Made by a program: the position numbers and the translations under genes
Part shown: piece after piece, positions 8,812 through 19,432 of the stretch
Layout of the letters: each line of letters begins with the position of its first letter
Numbering within the stretch: the stretch's first letter is position 1
NCBI GenBank assembly: GCA_022709865.1
Contig: JAKLIA010000001.1
Coordinates: 297,273-361,272 of the forward strand
Length of the DNA: 64,000 nucleotides
Direction of reading: 5' to 3'
DNA from: Patescibacteria group bacterium
GTDB lineage: Bacteria > Patescibacteriota > Minisyncoccia > Portnoybacterales > GWB1-42-6
Notes under the pieces: generated by a model
The model's database searches: none
The model's input: the letters and a program-made list of their open reading frames with translations, nothing else
What the model was told of the DNA's origin: nothing

Positions 8812-10644
8812 TTATTGGGTATTAGCGGGCGGAATGTAATAGACAAAAATCGAATGTCCAATAATGGCAACAGGGGAATATTTATTCAGCCAATTATAGT
8901 AGCCGGATTTATCATAGAATCCCGGCGCCAAAGTTCCTCGCCCGCCCTGGAGGAAGGTGGCAGAAACCGCTAGCCATCCGCCAGGCTCCGTGATGTCGGC
9001 GATGGGATAATTTTCCCACCAAAAAACAAATTTATTGCCCAGATAATATTCTGGCACTCCGCCGCCAAAATAATTAAGGCGGATCTTGTCGATGTTATTT
9101 TTATTAACCCAAGCGGTTAATCGTTTTAAGTCTTGCCCCCAATCTAAGTTTGAATCAACCACGTATTTATAGCCATTGGCCGGCCCGCCGATGGATTCAT
9201 TAAAATAAGCCAGAAACGATGGATAGACTCTGATTACGCTTATGGCTTGCCAAATAATTAAAATTATTAAGATAACAGATTTTATTTTTTTTCGGCGGTC
9301 GGTAGCACTGTTTCCAAGCCAGAGAAATATTTGTTGGGATGCCAATAAAAAAACAAAAGCAAAGGTTGGCAAAATATGGCGCACGCCGATATTTAAAATA
9401 GAAGTCAGGCTGGAATACCAATAAAGAATGATGAAAGCCAGCATTAAAACCTGGGCGATATTTTCTTGCAATAGGTTGTGAAGATTATTCCAGCGATAGA
9501 ACTTATTTTTTAAGAATTGCCACAGGCCGTAAAGCAGGGCGATTAAAGTTAGGATATGAAGCGTTAAAGTTTCTTTGAGCAGGTAGACAACCGGAAAATA
9601 TAAAGTGGAGCCGGTATTAGATAGTTCGCCAAGGAAATAAGCTGTATTGCCGCCAACAGCGCGTTGCAGCACCATGGCTAATCCCAAACCATATTGCGCT
9701 AGCGCCCGTAAAATCGGAATGCCAGACAGCCAGATTATTAAATTAGCAATCGGCCGCATGCCAAAACTTTGGAGAATGGTAGTGGTATCGGAGACTTGCC
9801 GGGCAATGGGGTAGTTGATCGTGTGAAAGATATAAAGCGGCCAAACTATCAACGCAAAGCCGATGGCATAGAGGCAAATTAATCCGCCAAAGTATCGGTA
9901 TAAGTTTCTGCCAAGCGAGGCTAAAGCAGATTGGTTAGCCATCTTGTCTTCTCGGGTTTTTAAATATATCCAAAGCAAAGCGATAAAGGTGAAAAGGATT
10001 ACCAGCAAAAAAACCGAGAACTTGGCGGTTTGCGCCAAGCCGAAAACAAGTCCGGCAACAACAAGGTTTTTGGCGGAAGGTTTTTTAAGCCAGCGGATAA
10101 AGTAATAGCTGGCGATAAAAATGCCAGCGGCGGCCGCCACATCAGTGGTCACGAACCGGCCATGGGCGATAAAAGTTGGGGAGAAAGCGTATAAAAATAA
10201 AGCCAAAAGGGCGGCTTTGGGGCCGAGCAATTCTCGGGACCATTTAAAAACATAGCAGCCCAGCAGCAATAAAATTAAAAGCATAGGCAAACGGCCAAGG
10301 AGAATTAGTTTGTCAGCATCGTTGCCCGAGCGGTATAAAAACTCAAAGCCAAAATCCCATTGGCCGTTTATGGCGGTTTGCCAAGCGGCTATATCGGTTG
10401 GAATATTTATTTGTGTGCCGGTTATTTTTGAATAGAGCCAAATTGCACCGCCAGCCAAGTCTTTGATTAGGGGCGGATGTTCGGGATTGAGGCGCATATC
10501 TTGCTGGGTGATGTAGGAATAACCGGCCGGTAAATGGGCCACCTCGTCAATAATAGCTGAATCGCCTGCCATGCTAAAATAAGCAACGCCGACCATAAAA
10601 ATTAGCATCAAAACGGCTAGCGAATAGGTTAGTTTTTTGGACAT
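8812..10644 (-). CDS. GT-C fold membrane glycosyltransferase (PMT/GT39-like)
   Basis: 610 aa, many TM helices, N-terminal loop DEVAH resembling the DE motif of PMT/ArnT-type transferases, soluble C-terminal domain. Confidence 0.6.
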   Translation of the reverse strand: MSKKLTYSLAVLMLIFMVGVAYFSMAGDSAIIDEVAHLPAGYSYITQQDMRLNPEHPPLIKDLAGGAIWLYSKITGTQINIPTDIAAWQTAINGQWDFGFEFLYRSGNDADKLILLGRLPMLLILLLLGCYVFKWSRELLGPKAALLALFLYAFSPTFIAHGRFVTTDVAAAAGIFIASYYFIRWLKKPSAKNLVVAGLVFGLAQTAKFSVFLLVILFTFIALLWIYLKTREDKMANQSALASLGRNLYRYFGGLICLYAIGFALIVWPLYIFHTINYPIARQVSDTTTILQSFGMRPIANLIIWLSGIPILRALAQYGLGLAMVLQRAVGGNTAYFLGELSNTGSTLYFPVVYLLKETLTLHILTLIALLYGLWQFLKNKFYRWNNLHNLLQENIAQVLMLAFIILYWYSSLTSILNIGVRHILPTFAFVFLLASQQIFLWLGNSATDRRKKIKSVILIILIIWQAISVIRVYPSFLAYFNESIGGPANGYKYVVDSNLDWGQDLKRLTAWVNKNNIDKIRLNYFGGGVPEYYLGNKFVFWWENYPIADITEPGGWLAVSATFLQGGRGTLAPGFYDKSGYYNWLNKYSPVAIIGHSIFVYYIPPANTQ

Positions 10645-10692
10645 ATTTTATTATTTTTTATTTTTAAAAAGATTAGTAAAAGATTGCCGGCA

Positions 10693-12405
10693 CTAGAAGT
10701 TCACTTTAAACGCCTCAAAATTATTTATTTTCTCTACAAAACCGTCCGGAATAAGCCTAGACAGGTCTTTGAATATTTGTTCATCCGGCTTCAAAGGCAT
10801 TATAACTAGTGGTCCTTGGACTCGGAGAGTTTTATAGGAACTTTTTTTAGAATTAGTATCTTTAATATAGTAAAAAAGGTTTGGGGTGTCGTGGTTAAAA
10901 AATAAAATAGTCTGAACCGGCATAGGTAAACCGTCAGGGTAGGGCACAGCCACGCCGTTTTCGTTGGCCAAGACTATTTTTTGGGTATCGGCTGGCAGGG
11001 ACTCAAGATACTTTCCTTCGTTGACTAAACGCTGGGTGAAGCTGTCGCTGACTTCGGCTTTTGCCCCCCAATCAATAAAGTATCGGTTAAACTCAGCCAG
11101 GGCAAACATTAGCAAAAAGATAAACGCGATAACAATGAGGCCAATTTTCTCTGCCCGGGATTCTTTTTGAACTAGCAGTGCTTTAACTTTTTTTGTTAGC
11201 CACCAAGCGCCAAGAGCCACCCAAATAAAAACCGGAGGAATAGCGCCGATTGAACGCAAAGAATGGGGCAAGCCCTCAGTAGTCATGATTTCTGGCAAGA
11301 GCATGGCGCCAAACCAAACAACCAGCAACCAATGGGTTTCTAGCGCCGCAAAATGTTCTTTCTTTTTATAGTTTGCCGGCCGAAATATTTTTATTAAAGT
11401 AATGGCTAGCCCGATCAAAAACAAAATACCGATAGGCCAAAAAAGAGCGGGCTGGCAAGCATAGTTATGCCGCCAATTGCAATCGCCGACAACGTTGAAC
11501 ATGCCTAAGGATTTTATGGTGCTAATAGCGAGTTCCTTTACGGGATTGGCTGAGGCTAAAACTGAAACTTGGCCGGTTCGGCTCATGAAATCATTCGGAT
11601 GCTGCCAAAAATATAGCGCCATCGGCAGGGCAGCCAGGATAGTGAATAAAAAGAAAACGTCCCAAAGCCATAGGGTATCGCGCAAATAAGAACTTTTTAT
11701 GAAATGCCAAACAGAAGCCCTTTCTTTCCAGAAGTTTTTTAATTTTGGCCAAAAGTATACGAAGCTGAAAATTATTGGCACGAGCAAAATTACCGGAGCA
11801 ATGCGGAAGGCAATATAGGTATGGAAGCCTAAGCCAAAAAATAAACCGGCTAAAATAAATAAGCCGGCAGCTTTTAAATTGCGGCTAGCCATCTTTTCGC
11901 CCACATTTAACCCTCTATATAAAAAATAGAAGCTCCAGACCAAAAAAAACGGCACCATGATAGCCCGAAAGCCCAGGCGCGAAAAATTAACATGCCAGAA
12001 AGAGATACTTAGAAAAAAAGCCGCCAAAAGCCCGATAGCCTGGCTGTGGCGGGAACCAAGATAGCAGAACAGCTGTTTAGCTAAAAAATATATTCCCAAA
12101 ACCGTGAGCAGGCCAAAAATTGCCGGTACAATTTTAATTGACCAAACGCTAATGCCAAAAAGCCAAAAACTGAAAGCGATCAGATTGATAAAAAGCCCTT
12201 CGCGGCCGTTATTTTCCGGATAGAATAATTTAAAATCGTGGTTTTTTAGCGCGTTTATCGCATCGTTGCCATTAATGGCCACATCCGGATAAAGCCCAGG
12301 CGGGATTCCGGCTAGGTCATAGAAGCGGAAAAAGGCGGCCACCGCTAAAATAACCAATAAAAAAAATAAAGCTTTTTGTTTGACTAGGCTCTTAAAAAGG
12401 TTCAT
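10693..12405 (-). CDS. GT-C fold membrane glycosyltransferase (ArnT/GT83-like)
   Basis: 570 aa polytopic membrane protein; YPDVAINGNDAI-type first periplasmic loop; paralogous architecture to the upstream gene. Confidence 0.6.
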   Translation of the reverse strand: MNLFKSLVKQKALFFLLVILAVAAFFRFYDLAGIPPGLYPDVAINGNDAINALKNHDFKLFYPENNGREGLFINLIAFSFWLFGISVWSIKIVPAIFGLLTVLGIYFLAKQLFCYLGSRHSQAIGLLAAFFLSISFWHVNFSRLGFRAIMVPFFLVWSFYFLYRGLNVGEKMASRNLKAAGLFILAGLFFGLGFHTYIAFRIAPVILLVPIIFSFVYFWPKLKNFWKERASVWHFIKSSYLRDTLWLWDVFFLFTILAALPMALYFWQHPNDFMSRTGQVSVLASANPVKELAISTIKSLGMFNVVGDCNWRHNYACQPALFWPIGILFLIGLAITLIKIFRPANYKKKEHFAALETHWLLVVWFGAMLLPEIMTTEGLPHSLRSIGAIPPVFIWVALGAWWLTKKVKALLVQKESRAEKIGLIVIAFIFLLMFALAEFNRYFIDWGAKAEVSDSFTQRLVNEGKYLESLPADTQKIVLANENGVAVPYPDGLPMPVQTILFFNHDTPNLFYYIKDTNSKKSSYKTLRVQGPLVIMPLKPDEQIFKDLSRLIPDGFVEKINNFEAFKVNF

Positions 12406-12527
12406 AATTTTATTAATAGATATTAAAGATTTCTTATCTGTATTTTAGCATTTTTTAGGCGGTCGGTAATCCACAGGGAGCCCCAAAAAAAGCGTAATAA
12501 TCGTGATATAATAAAATTAAGAAAGAT

Positions 12528-15500
12528 ATGGCAACTAAAGAATCTGCAGATAAAAAAATAAAAGATAGCGCAGGGCAAAAAAAGGCAGAAGATCAAGGCG
12601 ATAAATTAGAAAACGAGGCTATAGCAGATATCTCTTCTAACCAGATCTTTAGCAGCTGGAAAAAAAATCGTTCAAAAAAAGAGATCGAGCAGGAATTGGC
12701 CGAAGCAAAGCTAATTAAAAATGAGCAAAAAAAGAGGGAAGAAAAAAACAAAGAATTACCCTTGGAAGCAGAGAGGCTTTTAAAAACAATGTTAGGGGAA
12801 GATGCTTTTCAAAGAGAAGAACGCCCGGTTAGCTTTGCCGTTGAACCAGAACAGCAAAACGATAAAGAAACTATGTCTAAAGAAGCGGAAAAAATTGTAA
12901 AAGAAATAAAGAATATTGAGCCTCAACCAGAGGCGCCTATTTCCATTGCTCCAGCAGAAGAAAAAAAAGAAAAGGCGGTCTCAAAAGAAGCGGGAAATAA
13001 AGATCTAGGCCCGGCCATAAAGAAAATAGAAGAAGAGTTTAAAGGGGAAAGCCCGCTCTTTAGCGAGCAGGCTAAAAAATTTGGCGATGTCAGAATGGCT
13101 GCCAATATAGACACAACAAAACTAAAAAAAATCCAGGAAGCGCAGCCATTGGGCGCCGATGTTAATCTGGCTCGTGCGGGAAAATCCAATGAGCGCAATA
13201 AGCAGCAGAAAGAAGAATTGGTTGCGGAGCTTGATGCAGCATACAAAGAGCTCTACAGCCTCCTTAATGATAAAAAAGTGGTTCCGCCGCAAGTTTATAG
13301 AACTCTTTTTGAAACAGAGGAAAAATTAAGAGGAGCGGTTAAATATCAGGGTGAGGTGGGCAATATAGCCGAAGAAATAAAAGCAAAATATAAAAAAGAT
13401 ACTAGGGCAGAAGAGAAAAAAGATGAAAACATACAAAAAAACATAAATGAAGTGCCGGCCAAAGAAAAAAATGAACAACCTTTTTCTCTTGAGCAAGTAA
13501 AACAAGCAGAAGCGGCGGTGCAAGGAATAAAGGAGGGGAAAATAGATATTGCTGACGTGCCCGAAGAATTAAAGCAGGTGGTAAAAGAAAGATTAAAAGA
13601 TGATGTGGCGGCAGCAGCGGAACATGAAGCTTGGCAGGCGGCAAAAGAAAAAGAGCCGATTATTAAGGATAGTAAATATATAGAAAAAGAAGGCAAAAAA
13701 GAAGAAGCGGAGAAAGCTCTGGAAGCGGCGCGGCAAGAATATGTGGCGGCTTTATCGGAAAACAGCAAAAGAAAAGATGGGGTCAGCAAGCTTCAAACAA
13801 TAAGGGATAAGTTCGTCCATTATTTTCAGGGCAATAAAGAACAAGAGCATTTAAGGCAAAAGGACGAGCGCTTAAGCGGTGTGGCGGCAGAAAAAGCTGA
13901 AGCCGAACAAAGGCTCGCGCAGGCGCAAAAAACATATAAAGAAACGTTAAAAAATTATCGCGACCAGGGAGTTTTAGAAAAAACAGCCGAATTGAAAGCC
14001 GCTGGAAAGGCTGAAGAAGAGATAAACGGAGAAATGGAAAAATACGCTAAAGATATATTGTTGGCGGCAACTTTGCGCGAGGCGGCTAAAGTAGATAGTT
14101 TGAAATCGGATAAGCAAATTGAGCAAATGGGTGGCGCTCGGCGGTTCATCAACGAAAAAGCGGAAGAGTTTACCGGTTGGTATAAAAAATTGCCCTGGCA
14201 GGGGAAAGTAGCGGTTTCGGCAGGGCTGGCCGTGGCTGGCGTAGCCGGCGGCTTATTGGGCAGCACGGCAATTATCACTTCGGCGCTCGTTGGGCAAGGG
14301 GCTTTGCGGGTGCTTGGCGGCTCAATGGCGACAGCTGGTATCGAGCAATTAGTAAAGCGCTCTCAAGAAAAGCAGGCAGAAAAAAAACTTTCTAAAGAGT
14401 TTGAAGGAAAGTTTTTAGAAACCTTGAAAAACAAGAATGAAGAGTTAGATAATAAATTATTTGAATTAATAAAAACTAAAGAAAGGGAAAAAACTCGGCG
14501 TTTTGTTTTGGCTGGCACCATGGGTGCTTTGGTGGGCAGCGGCGCATTGGGTTTGGCGGTAAAAAATACCGTTCATTGGATATCTGATAGTTCTCTGGGG
14601 CAAACGGTTAAAAACAAGATCTTTGGCGGAGCGCCTTTGGCAGGAGAGAAGGCAACAGTGGACCTGTCAATAGACAAAAAACCTATTATTGCTAAGCCGG
14701 CTATTGAAAGTTTGAAAATTGGAACTCGCGGGCCGGAAGGCGCCATAATCGATAATTTTAAAGCTAAGCCGGAACTCGCTAAGGCTTTTGGCTGGGATGG
14801 CAAAACCGACATTAGCAAGTGGTCCGGAACCAAAGCACATCAATTATGGTTGGATAGCGTTAAGGGCGAATTGGCTAAACCCGGGATGGCAGCCAAATTA
14901 ACTGCGCAGGGTTTTTCTGCGGACGCTGAGGGTTATGCTAAGGCGATGCATAAGATTGGCGCGGGATTTGTAGAATTGGACCCTCAAGGCCATATGCACT
15001 TAAGTGATAACACAACTTTTTTTAAGGCGGCTGTGAATAATTTAGCGGATACAGCTAAAGATATTCCGGTTGAGCCGATTGCGCCAGATAATGGTCTTTC
15101 GCCGCATGATATCATGGATAATTTACCCGCCGAAAATAAGACTCCTTTAAGCGCAGAAGATCTAGCTAATCAGAAAATTAAAGGCATAGTGGAAAAATTT
15201 GTTGACCCGGCAATTCTAGATGACAAAACTTTTAAAGCTGCGGCTAAAGTTCCATTGAGCAAGATCTTAGATTCTATTCCGCCGGAGGCGTATCAGGATA
15301 AATACGCGTTAAGCCATTATTGGCATGGGTTAGGAGAAATAGGCTCCAAACCCCTGGATCTTCCTGGTTCTAGCTGGGCCGGCGTGACTTATGATGATTT
15401 TAAAAAATACGCCGAAATGGCAAAGTTTTTGCGGGAAAACTCAGGCGTTATTAGCTCTGAGAAAATAAAAGGATTAACTGTTGGGGAGTTTTTAAATAAT

Positions 15501-15965
15501 TATGGTTCGGGCCTGAGCAAAGCGGTGAAAGAGCAAATAAGCGATAAAATAACCGAAGTTGCCCCATCTAATGTTAAAGCTGGCGTTTTAGGCGAAGCTT
15601 TGTCTGAGGAAAAAATAGCGGCAGCGGCTAAAAATGCGTCTCAAGCGGTTGAAGCGCCAGCAGAAAAAACAGCAGAAGTGATTAAACCGGCTTTGGCATC
15701 GACCAGAAATGCTTTTTTGGAGAAAACAATATCTTCTGGCAGCGCTTATGACCTAGCTAAAGAAATCTCTGCTGGAAATATAACTGTTGAAGATTTTGCG
15801 AAAGACTACGCCCAACATAGCGGGGCGGAGAAATTATCCGAACCCTTAATGCAAACTTTGCGCAAGAACTTTAGCACAATTATTAGCGGTTCGGAAGGCA
15901 TAGAAAAAGTAAAAGCGACGCGGGCGATAAATGCCATGCTGGAGAAAATAAAACAAGGTAAATAA
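12528..15965 (+). CDS. large K/E-rich coiled-coil membrane protein (function unknown)
   Basis: 1145 aa; ~540-aa highly charged Lys/Glu-rich N-terminal half, 2-3 central hydrophobic helices (VAVSAGLAVAGVAGGLLG..., FVLAGTMGALVGSGALGLAV), ~460-aa C-terminal globular region. Confidence 0.6.
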   Translation: MATKESADKKIKDSAGQKKAEDQGDKLENEAIADISSNQIFSSWKKNRSKKEIEQELAEAKLIKNEQKKREEKNKELPLEAERLLKTMLGEDAFQREERPVSFAVEPEQQNDKETMSKEAEKIVKEIKNIEPQPEAPISIAPAEEKKEKAVSKEAGNKDLGPAIKKIEEEFKGESPLFSEQAKKFGDVRMAANIDTTKLKKIQEAQPLGADVNLARAGKSNERNKQQKEELVAELDAAYKELYSLLNDKKVVPPQVYRTLFETEEKLRGAVKYQGEVGNIAEEIKAKYKKDTRAEEKKDENIQKNINEVPAKEKNEQPFSLEQVKQAEAAVQGIKEGKIDIADVPEELKQVVKERLKDDVAAAAEHEAWQAAKEKEPIIKDSKYIEKEGKKEEAEKALEAARQEYVAALSENSKRKDGVSKLQTIRDKFVHYFQGNKEQEHLRQKDERLSGVAAEKAEAEQRLAQAQKTYKETLKNYRDQGVLEKTAELKAAGKAEEEINGEMEKYAKDILLAATLREAAKVDSLKSDKQIEQMGGARRFINEKAEEFTGWYKKLPWQGKVAVSAGLAVAGVAGGLLGSTAIITSALVGQGALRVLGGSMATAGIEQLVKRSQEKQAEKKLSKEFEGKFLETLKNKNEELDNKLFELIKTKEREKTRRFVLAGTMGALVGSGALGLAVKNTVHWISDSSLGQTVKNKIFGGAPLAGEKATVDLSIDKKPIIAKPAIESLKIGTRGPEGAIIDNFKAKPELAKAFGWDGKTDISKWSGTKAHQLWLDSVKGELAKPGMAAKLTAQGFSADAEGYAKAMHKIGAGFVELDPQGHMHLSDNTTFFKAAVNNLADTAKDIPVEPIAPDNGLSPHDIMDNLPAENKTPLSAEDLANQKIKGIVEKFVDPAILDDKTFKAAAKVPLSKILDSIPPEAYQDKYALSHYWHGLGEIGSKPLDLPGSSWAGVTYDDFKKYAEMAKFLRENSGVISSEKIKGLTVGEFLNNYGSGLSKAVKEQISDKITEVAPSNVKAGVLGEALSEEKIAAAAKNASQAVEAPAEKTAEVIKPALASTRNAFLEKTISSGSAYDLAKEISAGNITVEDFAKDYAQHSGAEKLSEPLMQTLRKNFSTIISGSEGIEKVKATRAINAMLEKIKQGK

Positions 15966-15985
15966 ATTATTAAAAATTAAAAAAA

Positions 15986-16291
15986 ATGCCAACACAACTT
16001 CAGCAGGATATTTTTAAAGAATTGGGAATCGCCGACTTGCCCCAAGAGCGGCAAGAAGAGGTTTTAACCGCGATGACCGAAGCGGTGCTAAAAAGAATCA
16101 TTTTGCGCTTGGTTGGGCAGCTATCTGAAGCGCAGAGGGGCCAGCTGGAAGAAGTTGGCAATTCCGGAGACTCAGCCAAAATCAGTGAGTTTTTAGCTGC
16201 CAATATTCCAAATCACGAAACGCTGATCCGCGAAGAAGTGGCTAGTTTTAAAAAAGATATGCAGATGACAGTAGACGCTTTATTGGCCTAA
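15986..16291 (+). CDS. hypothetical small acidic protein
   Basis: 101-aa ORF tightly spaced after the large protein; no known motif. Confidence 0.4.
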   Translation: MPTQLQQDIFKELGIADLPQERQEEVLTAMTEAVLKRIILRLVGQLSEAQRGQLEEVGNSGDSAKISEFLAANIPNHETLIREEVASFKKDMQMTVDALLA

Positions 16292-16317
16292 TAATCATTA
16301 AGTTCCATACTTTAATT

Positions 16318-16776
16318 ATGGCAGATTTATATCGAGAACCAATAGATTCTGCGGCGGAGACGCCTGTTGAACCGCCTTCGCCATTGAATCCTGCGGAATC
16401 GGAAATTGCTGAACTGGAAAAACAGTTAGCGCAAAAACGGGCGATGCTGGGAAAAGAAAAAGGAGAGTCGCTAGAAAAAATAGTTGGCGCGGAAAAACCG
16501 GCTACCAGCAGCGCTTCTTCTCCTAGCCAATCTCAGCCGGCGGCAGCCCCAGTGGTAGCCGTTCCGCCAAAAACAGCGGCCGATGAATATAAAGGTTTGG
16601 AAAAAAACCAGCAATTAAAAAGTCTGGTAGACTTGGCTTTTCAAAAGGGCATTAACTATGCTGCTGATGTGGCCAAAGAAATGGATAGCGCTTATCTGAT
16701 GGACGAATTTCACGATACCCTGGTGGATAAATTGCATAAGGAGTTGGTAGAAAAAGGTAAGCTGGAAGAAATATAA
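16318..16776 (+). CDS. hypothetical protein with Pro/Ala/Ser-rich linker
   Basis: 152-aa ORF, acidic N-terminus, low-complexity PAAAP linker, helical C-terminus. Confidence 0.4.
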   Translation: MADLYREPIDSAAETPVEPPSPLNPAESEIAELEKQLAQKRAMLGKEKGESLEKIVGAEKPATSSASSPSQSQPAAAPVVAVPPKTAADEYKGLEKNQQLKSLVDLAFQKGINYAADVAKEMDSAYLMDEFHDTLVDKLHKELVEKGKLEEI

Positions 16777-16942
16777 ATAGTGCTCGGCTTTCGCCTCTAA
16801 AAACCGCCGTCGGCTATACATGCCAATAGAAATATAACCATCAGCCGCGGCTTGTGTCTCGCCGCCTCGTCCGCGTAAACAATAAAGACTCGGAGGCGCC
16901 TGCGACACATTTTTATCGGCGAATAGCCTCACTTTAGATTTT

Positions 16943-19408
16943 TTGGACATTAAAATGGATTCATTTGATCTCAACTTGATTTTGTTCCCTTTGACCATGG
17001 TGCTTTTTTTTATCGTGGCTTCTTTGGCGATATATTTGATTGTGGCGATGATAAAAGGCAAGGGAAAAGTTATTCGTGCGATGAATATGTCACTTTTTTC
17101 TGTCTCTCTGCCAAAAGTTTCCGCCGAAGAAAAAAACAAAAAACCATTCAAGGAATTGGTGGCGGTAATGGAGCAGTTCTATGCCAGCCTAGGAAGCCTG
17201 AAAGAAAAAGGTTGGAGCGCTTTTTTATACGGCCAGCCGGTTTTTACTTTTGAAATGGCCGTGCCGCATATTGGGGAAGAAATAAGTTTTTATGTTGCTT
17301 GCCCGCGGCGTTTAGCCGGCGTTATGGAAAAACAGGTTCACGGTTTTTTCCCGGAAGCCGATGTTAGGCCGATAGAAGATTATAATATTTTTAACCCTCT
17401 GGGAGCTAGCCTGGGCTCTTATCTTTTTGCTAGCCAAGGAATGTCATTGCCTTTTAAAACTTATCAAAGTCTGGAAACCGATCCCTTGAACGAAATCGCT
17501 AACGCTTTAAGCAAGTTAAATGCTGAAGGAGAGGGCGCAGCGATCCAATTGATCATTAGGCCGACTAAGATAAAGCGGTGGCGAAAAAACTCTTTGAAAA
17601 TTGCCAGAGAAATGCAAAAAGGCAAGCAATACAATCTTTCCAAGATCCAAGTAGATAAAAATTGGCTGGCGATATTATTTGACCTTCTGACGGGTTCCGA
17701 TCTCCTTCCGAGCAAAAAAGAAGCGCCGTTGGTCGGGCCGCCATCTTTGACTCCGCTAAATAACGAAGTGATAAAGGCTTTGGAGAATAAGGCTAATAAA
17801 GTCGCTTATGAAGCTAATATTAACTTAGTGGTTTCAGCAGGGATGCCTGAGCAGGCTAGCCAATTATTATTGCAGCTGGAAACGGCTTTTTCGCAATTTA
17901 ACGCCTTGAACTTGAATGTTCTAAAGCCGGCGCGGCCGAATATCGGGCGGAGTTTGAAAAAAATATTCTATGCTTTTTCTTTTAGGATGTTTGATTCCAG
18001 CCGCCGAATAATTTTAAGCACGGAAGAGCTAGCTTCTATTTATCATTTCCCCACCACGGAAGTGGCCACGCCTAAAGTTAAGTTCATAAAATCAAAGCAA
18101 GCAGTGCCTCCAGCCAATATGCCGACTCAAGGGCTGGTCTTGGGTAAGAACTTTTTCCGGGGCGTGGAAACAATTGTGCGCATGCAGCAAAATGATCGGC
18201 GGCGGCATCTATATATTGTTGGCCAGACCGGTACCGGTAAAACTAGCGCGATGCAAGGAATGTTGGCACAGGATGTTAAGACCGAAGGGCTTGGCGTGAT
18301 CGACCCTCACGGAGATTTTGCCAATTATGTTTTGGGTTGCGTGCCGCCAGAGCGCGCTGAAGACGTGATCTATTTTAATCCGGCGGATATGGAGCGGCCT
18401 TTAGGTCTAAACATGCTGGAATACGATCCGGCGTATCCGGAACAAAAAACATTTATCGTTAACGAACTGATCAGTATTTTTGATAAATTATATGACCTAA
18501 AGACTACCGGCGGGCCGATCTTTGAACAGTATACCCGAAATGCCCTCCAGCTTTTAATGGACGATCCAAGCGAAGGCGCCACTTTAATGGAGGTGCCGCG
18601 GGTTTTAGCGGACGCAGCCTACCGGAAGCGCTTATTGGATAAATGCCAGAACGTAGTGGTTCGGGATTTTTGGGTGAAGGAAGCGGAAAAAGCCGGGGGC
18701 GATGCGGCGCTAGCAAACGTGGTGCCTTATATCACTTCTAAGTTCAATACTTTTATCGCGAACGATTTTATGCGGCCGATAATCGGCCAAAGCAAATCCG
18801 CGATTAATTTCCGCGATATAATGGATAATAAAAAGATCTTAATAGTTAATTTGAGCAAGGGGCGCATCGGTGATTTGAATGCTTATTTATTGGGCTTGAT
18901 AATTGTTGGCAAGCTGACTATGGCGGCTTTTTCCCGCGTGGATATGCCGGAAGCGGAACGCGCCGATTTTTATTTGTATATCGATGAGTTCCAAAACTTC
19001 ACTACCGACAGTATCTCAACTATTTTATCTGAAGCCAGAAAATATAAGTTGTGCTTAATAATTACCCATCAATACATCAAGCAAATCCCGGAGAAGATAC
19101 GCGATGCGGTGTTTGGCAACGTGGGTTCTCTTCTGGCGCTGCGCGTTGGCGCGGAAGACGCGGAGTTTTTGGTAAAGCAATTTACGCCAATTTTTGACCA
19201 GAACGACCTAATCAATCAGGATAACTTTTCTGCTTATGCTAAGCTCCTTATTAACAATTTAACCTCTAAGCCCTTTAATATGGTTTTTGAACGGCCGCCA
19301 AAAGAAAATGTTGAAATTACAGAAGCGCTAAAAGAGCTGTCTCGTTTAAAATATGGCCGTGATAAAAGTTTGGTGGAAAGCGAGATTAGCACTAGATACA
19401 AAGCTTAA
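16943..19408 (+). CDS. membrane-anchored VirB4/TraC-like conjugative-type P-loop ATPase (FtsK/HerA superfamily)
   Basis: 821 aa; N-terminal TM helix; Walker A GQTGTGKT at ~aa 425; Walker B YLYIDEFQNF; downstream RK...THQ motif; domain proportions fit VirB4 better than VirD4. Confidence 0.6.
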   Translation: MDIKMDSFDLNLILFPLTMVLFFIVASLAIYLIVAMIKGKGKVIRAMNMSLFSVSLPKVSAEEKNKKPFKELVAVMEQFYASLGSLKEKGWSAFLYGQPVFTFEMAVPHIGEEISFYVACPRRLAGVMEKQVHGFFPEADVRPIEDYNIFNPLGASLGSYLFASQGMSLPFKTYQSLETDPLNEIANALSKLNAEGEGAAIQLIIRPTKIKRWRKNSLKIAREMQKGKQYNLSKIQVDKNWLAILFDLLTGSDLLPSKKEAPLVGPPSLTPLNNEVIKALENKANKVAYEANINLVVSAGMPEQASQLLLQLETAFSQFNALNLNVLKPARPNIGRSLKKIFYAFSFRMFDSSRRIILSTEELASIYHFPTTEVATPKVKFIKSKQAVPPANMPTQGLVLGKNFFRGVETIVRMQQNDRRRHLYIVGQTGTGKTSAMQGMLAQDVKTEGLGVIDPHGDFANYVLGCVPPERAEDVIYFNPADMERPLGLNMLEYDPAYPEQKTFIVNELISIFDKLYDLKTTGGPIFEQYTRNALQLLMDDPSEGATLMEVPRVLADAAYRKRLLDKCQNVVVRDFWVKEAEKAGGDAALANVVPYITSKFNTFIANDFMRPIIGQSKSAINFRDIMDNKKILIVNLSKGRIGDLNAYLLGLIIVGKLTMAAFSRVDMPEAERADFYLYIDEFQNFTTDSISTILSEARKYKLCLIITHQYIKQIPEKIRDAVFGNVGSLLALRVGAEDAEFLVKQFTPIFDQNDLINQDNFSAYAKLLINNLTSKPFNMVFERPPKENVEITEALKELSRLKYGRDKSLVESEISTRYKA

Positions 19409-19432
19409 TTAATAAATAAAATAATAAAAAAT

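Noticed and set aside
12923-14833. Antisense ORFs within the 1145-aa K/E-rich gene and an apparent repeat signal
   Set aside because: Codon bias of Lys/Glu-rich sequence generates long antisense open frames (Phe/Leu/Ser-rich). The apparent repetition is compositional, not tandem DNA repeats, and not a CRISPR array.
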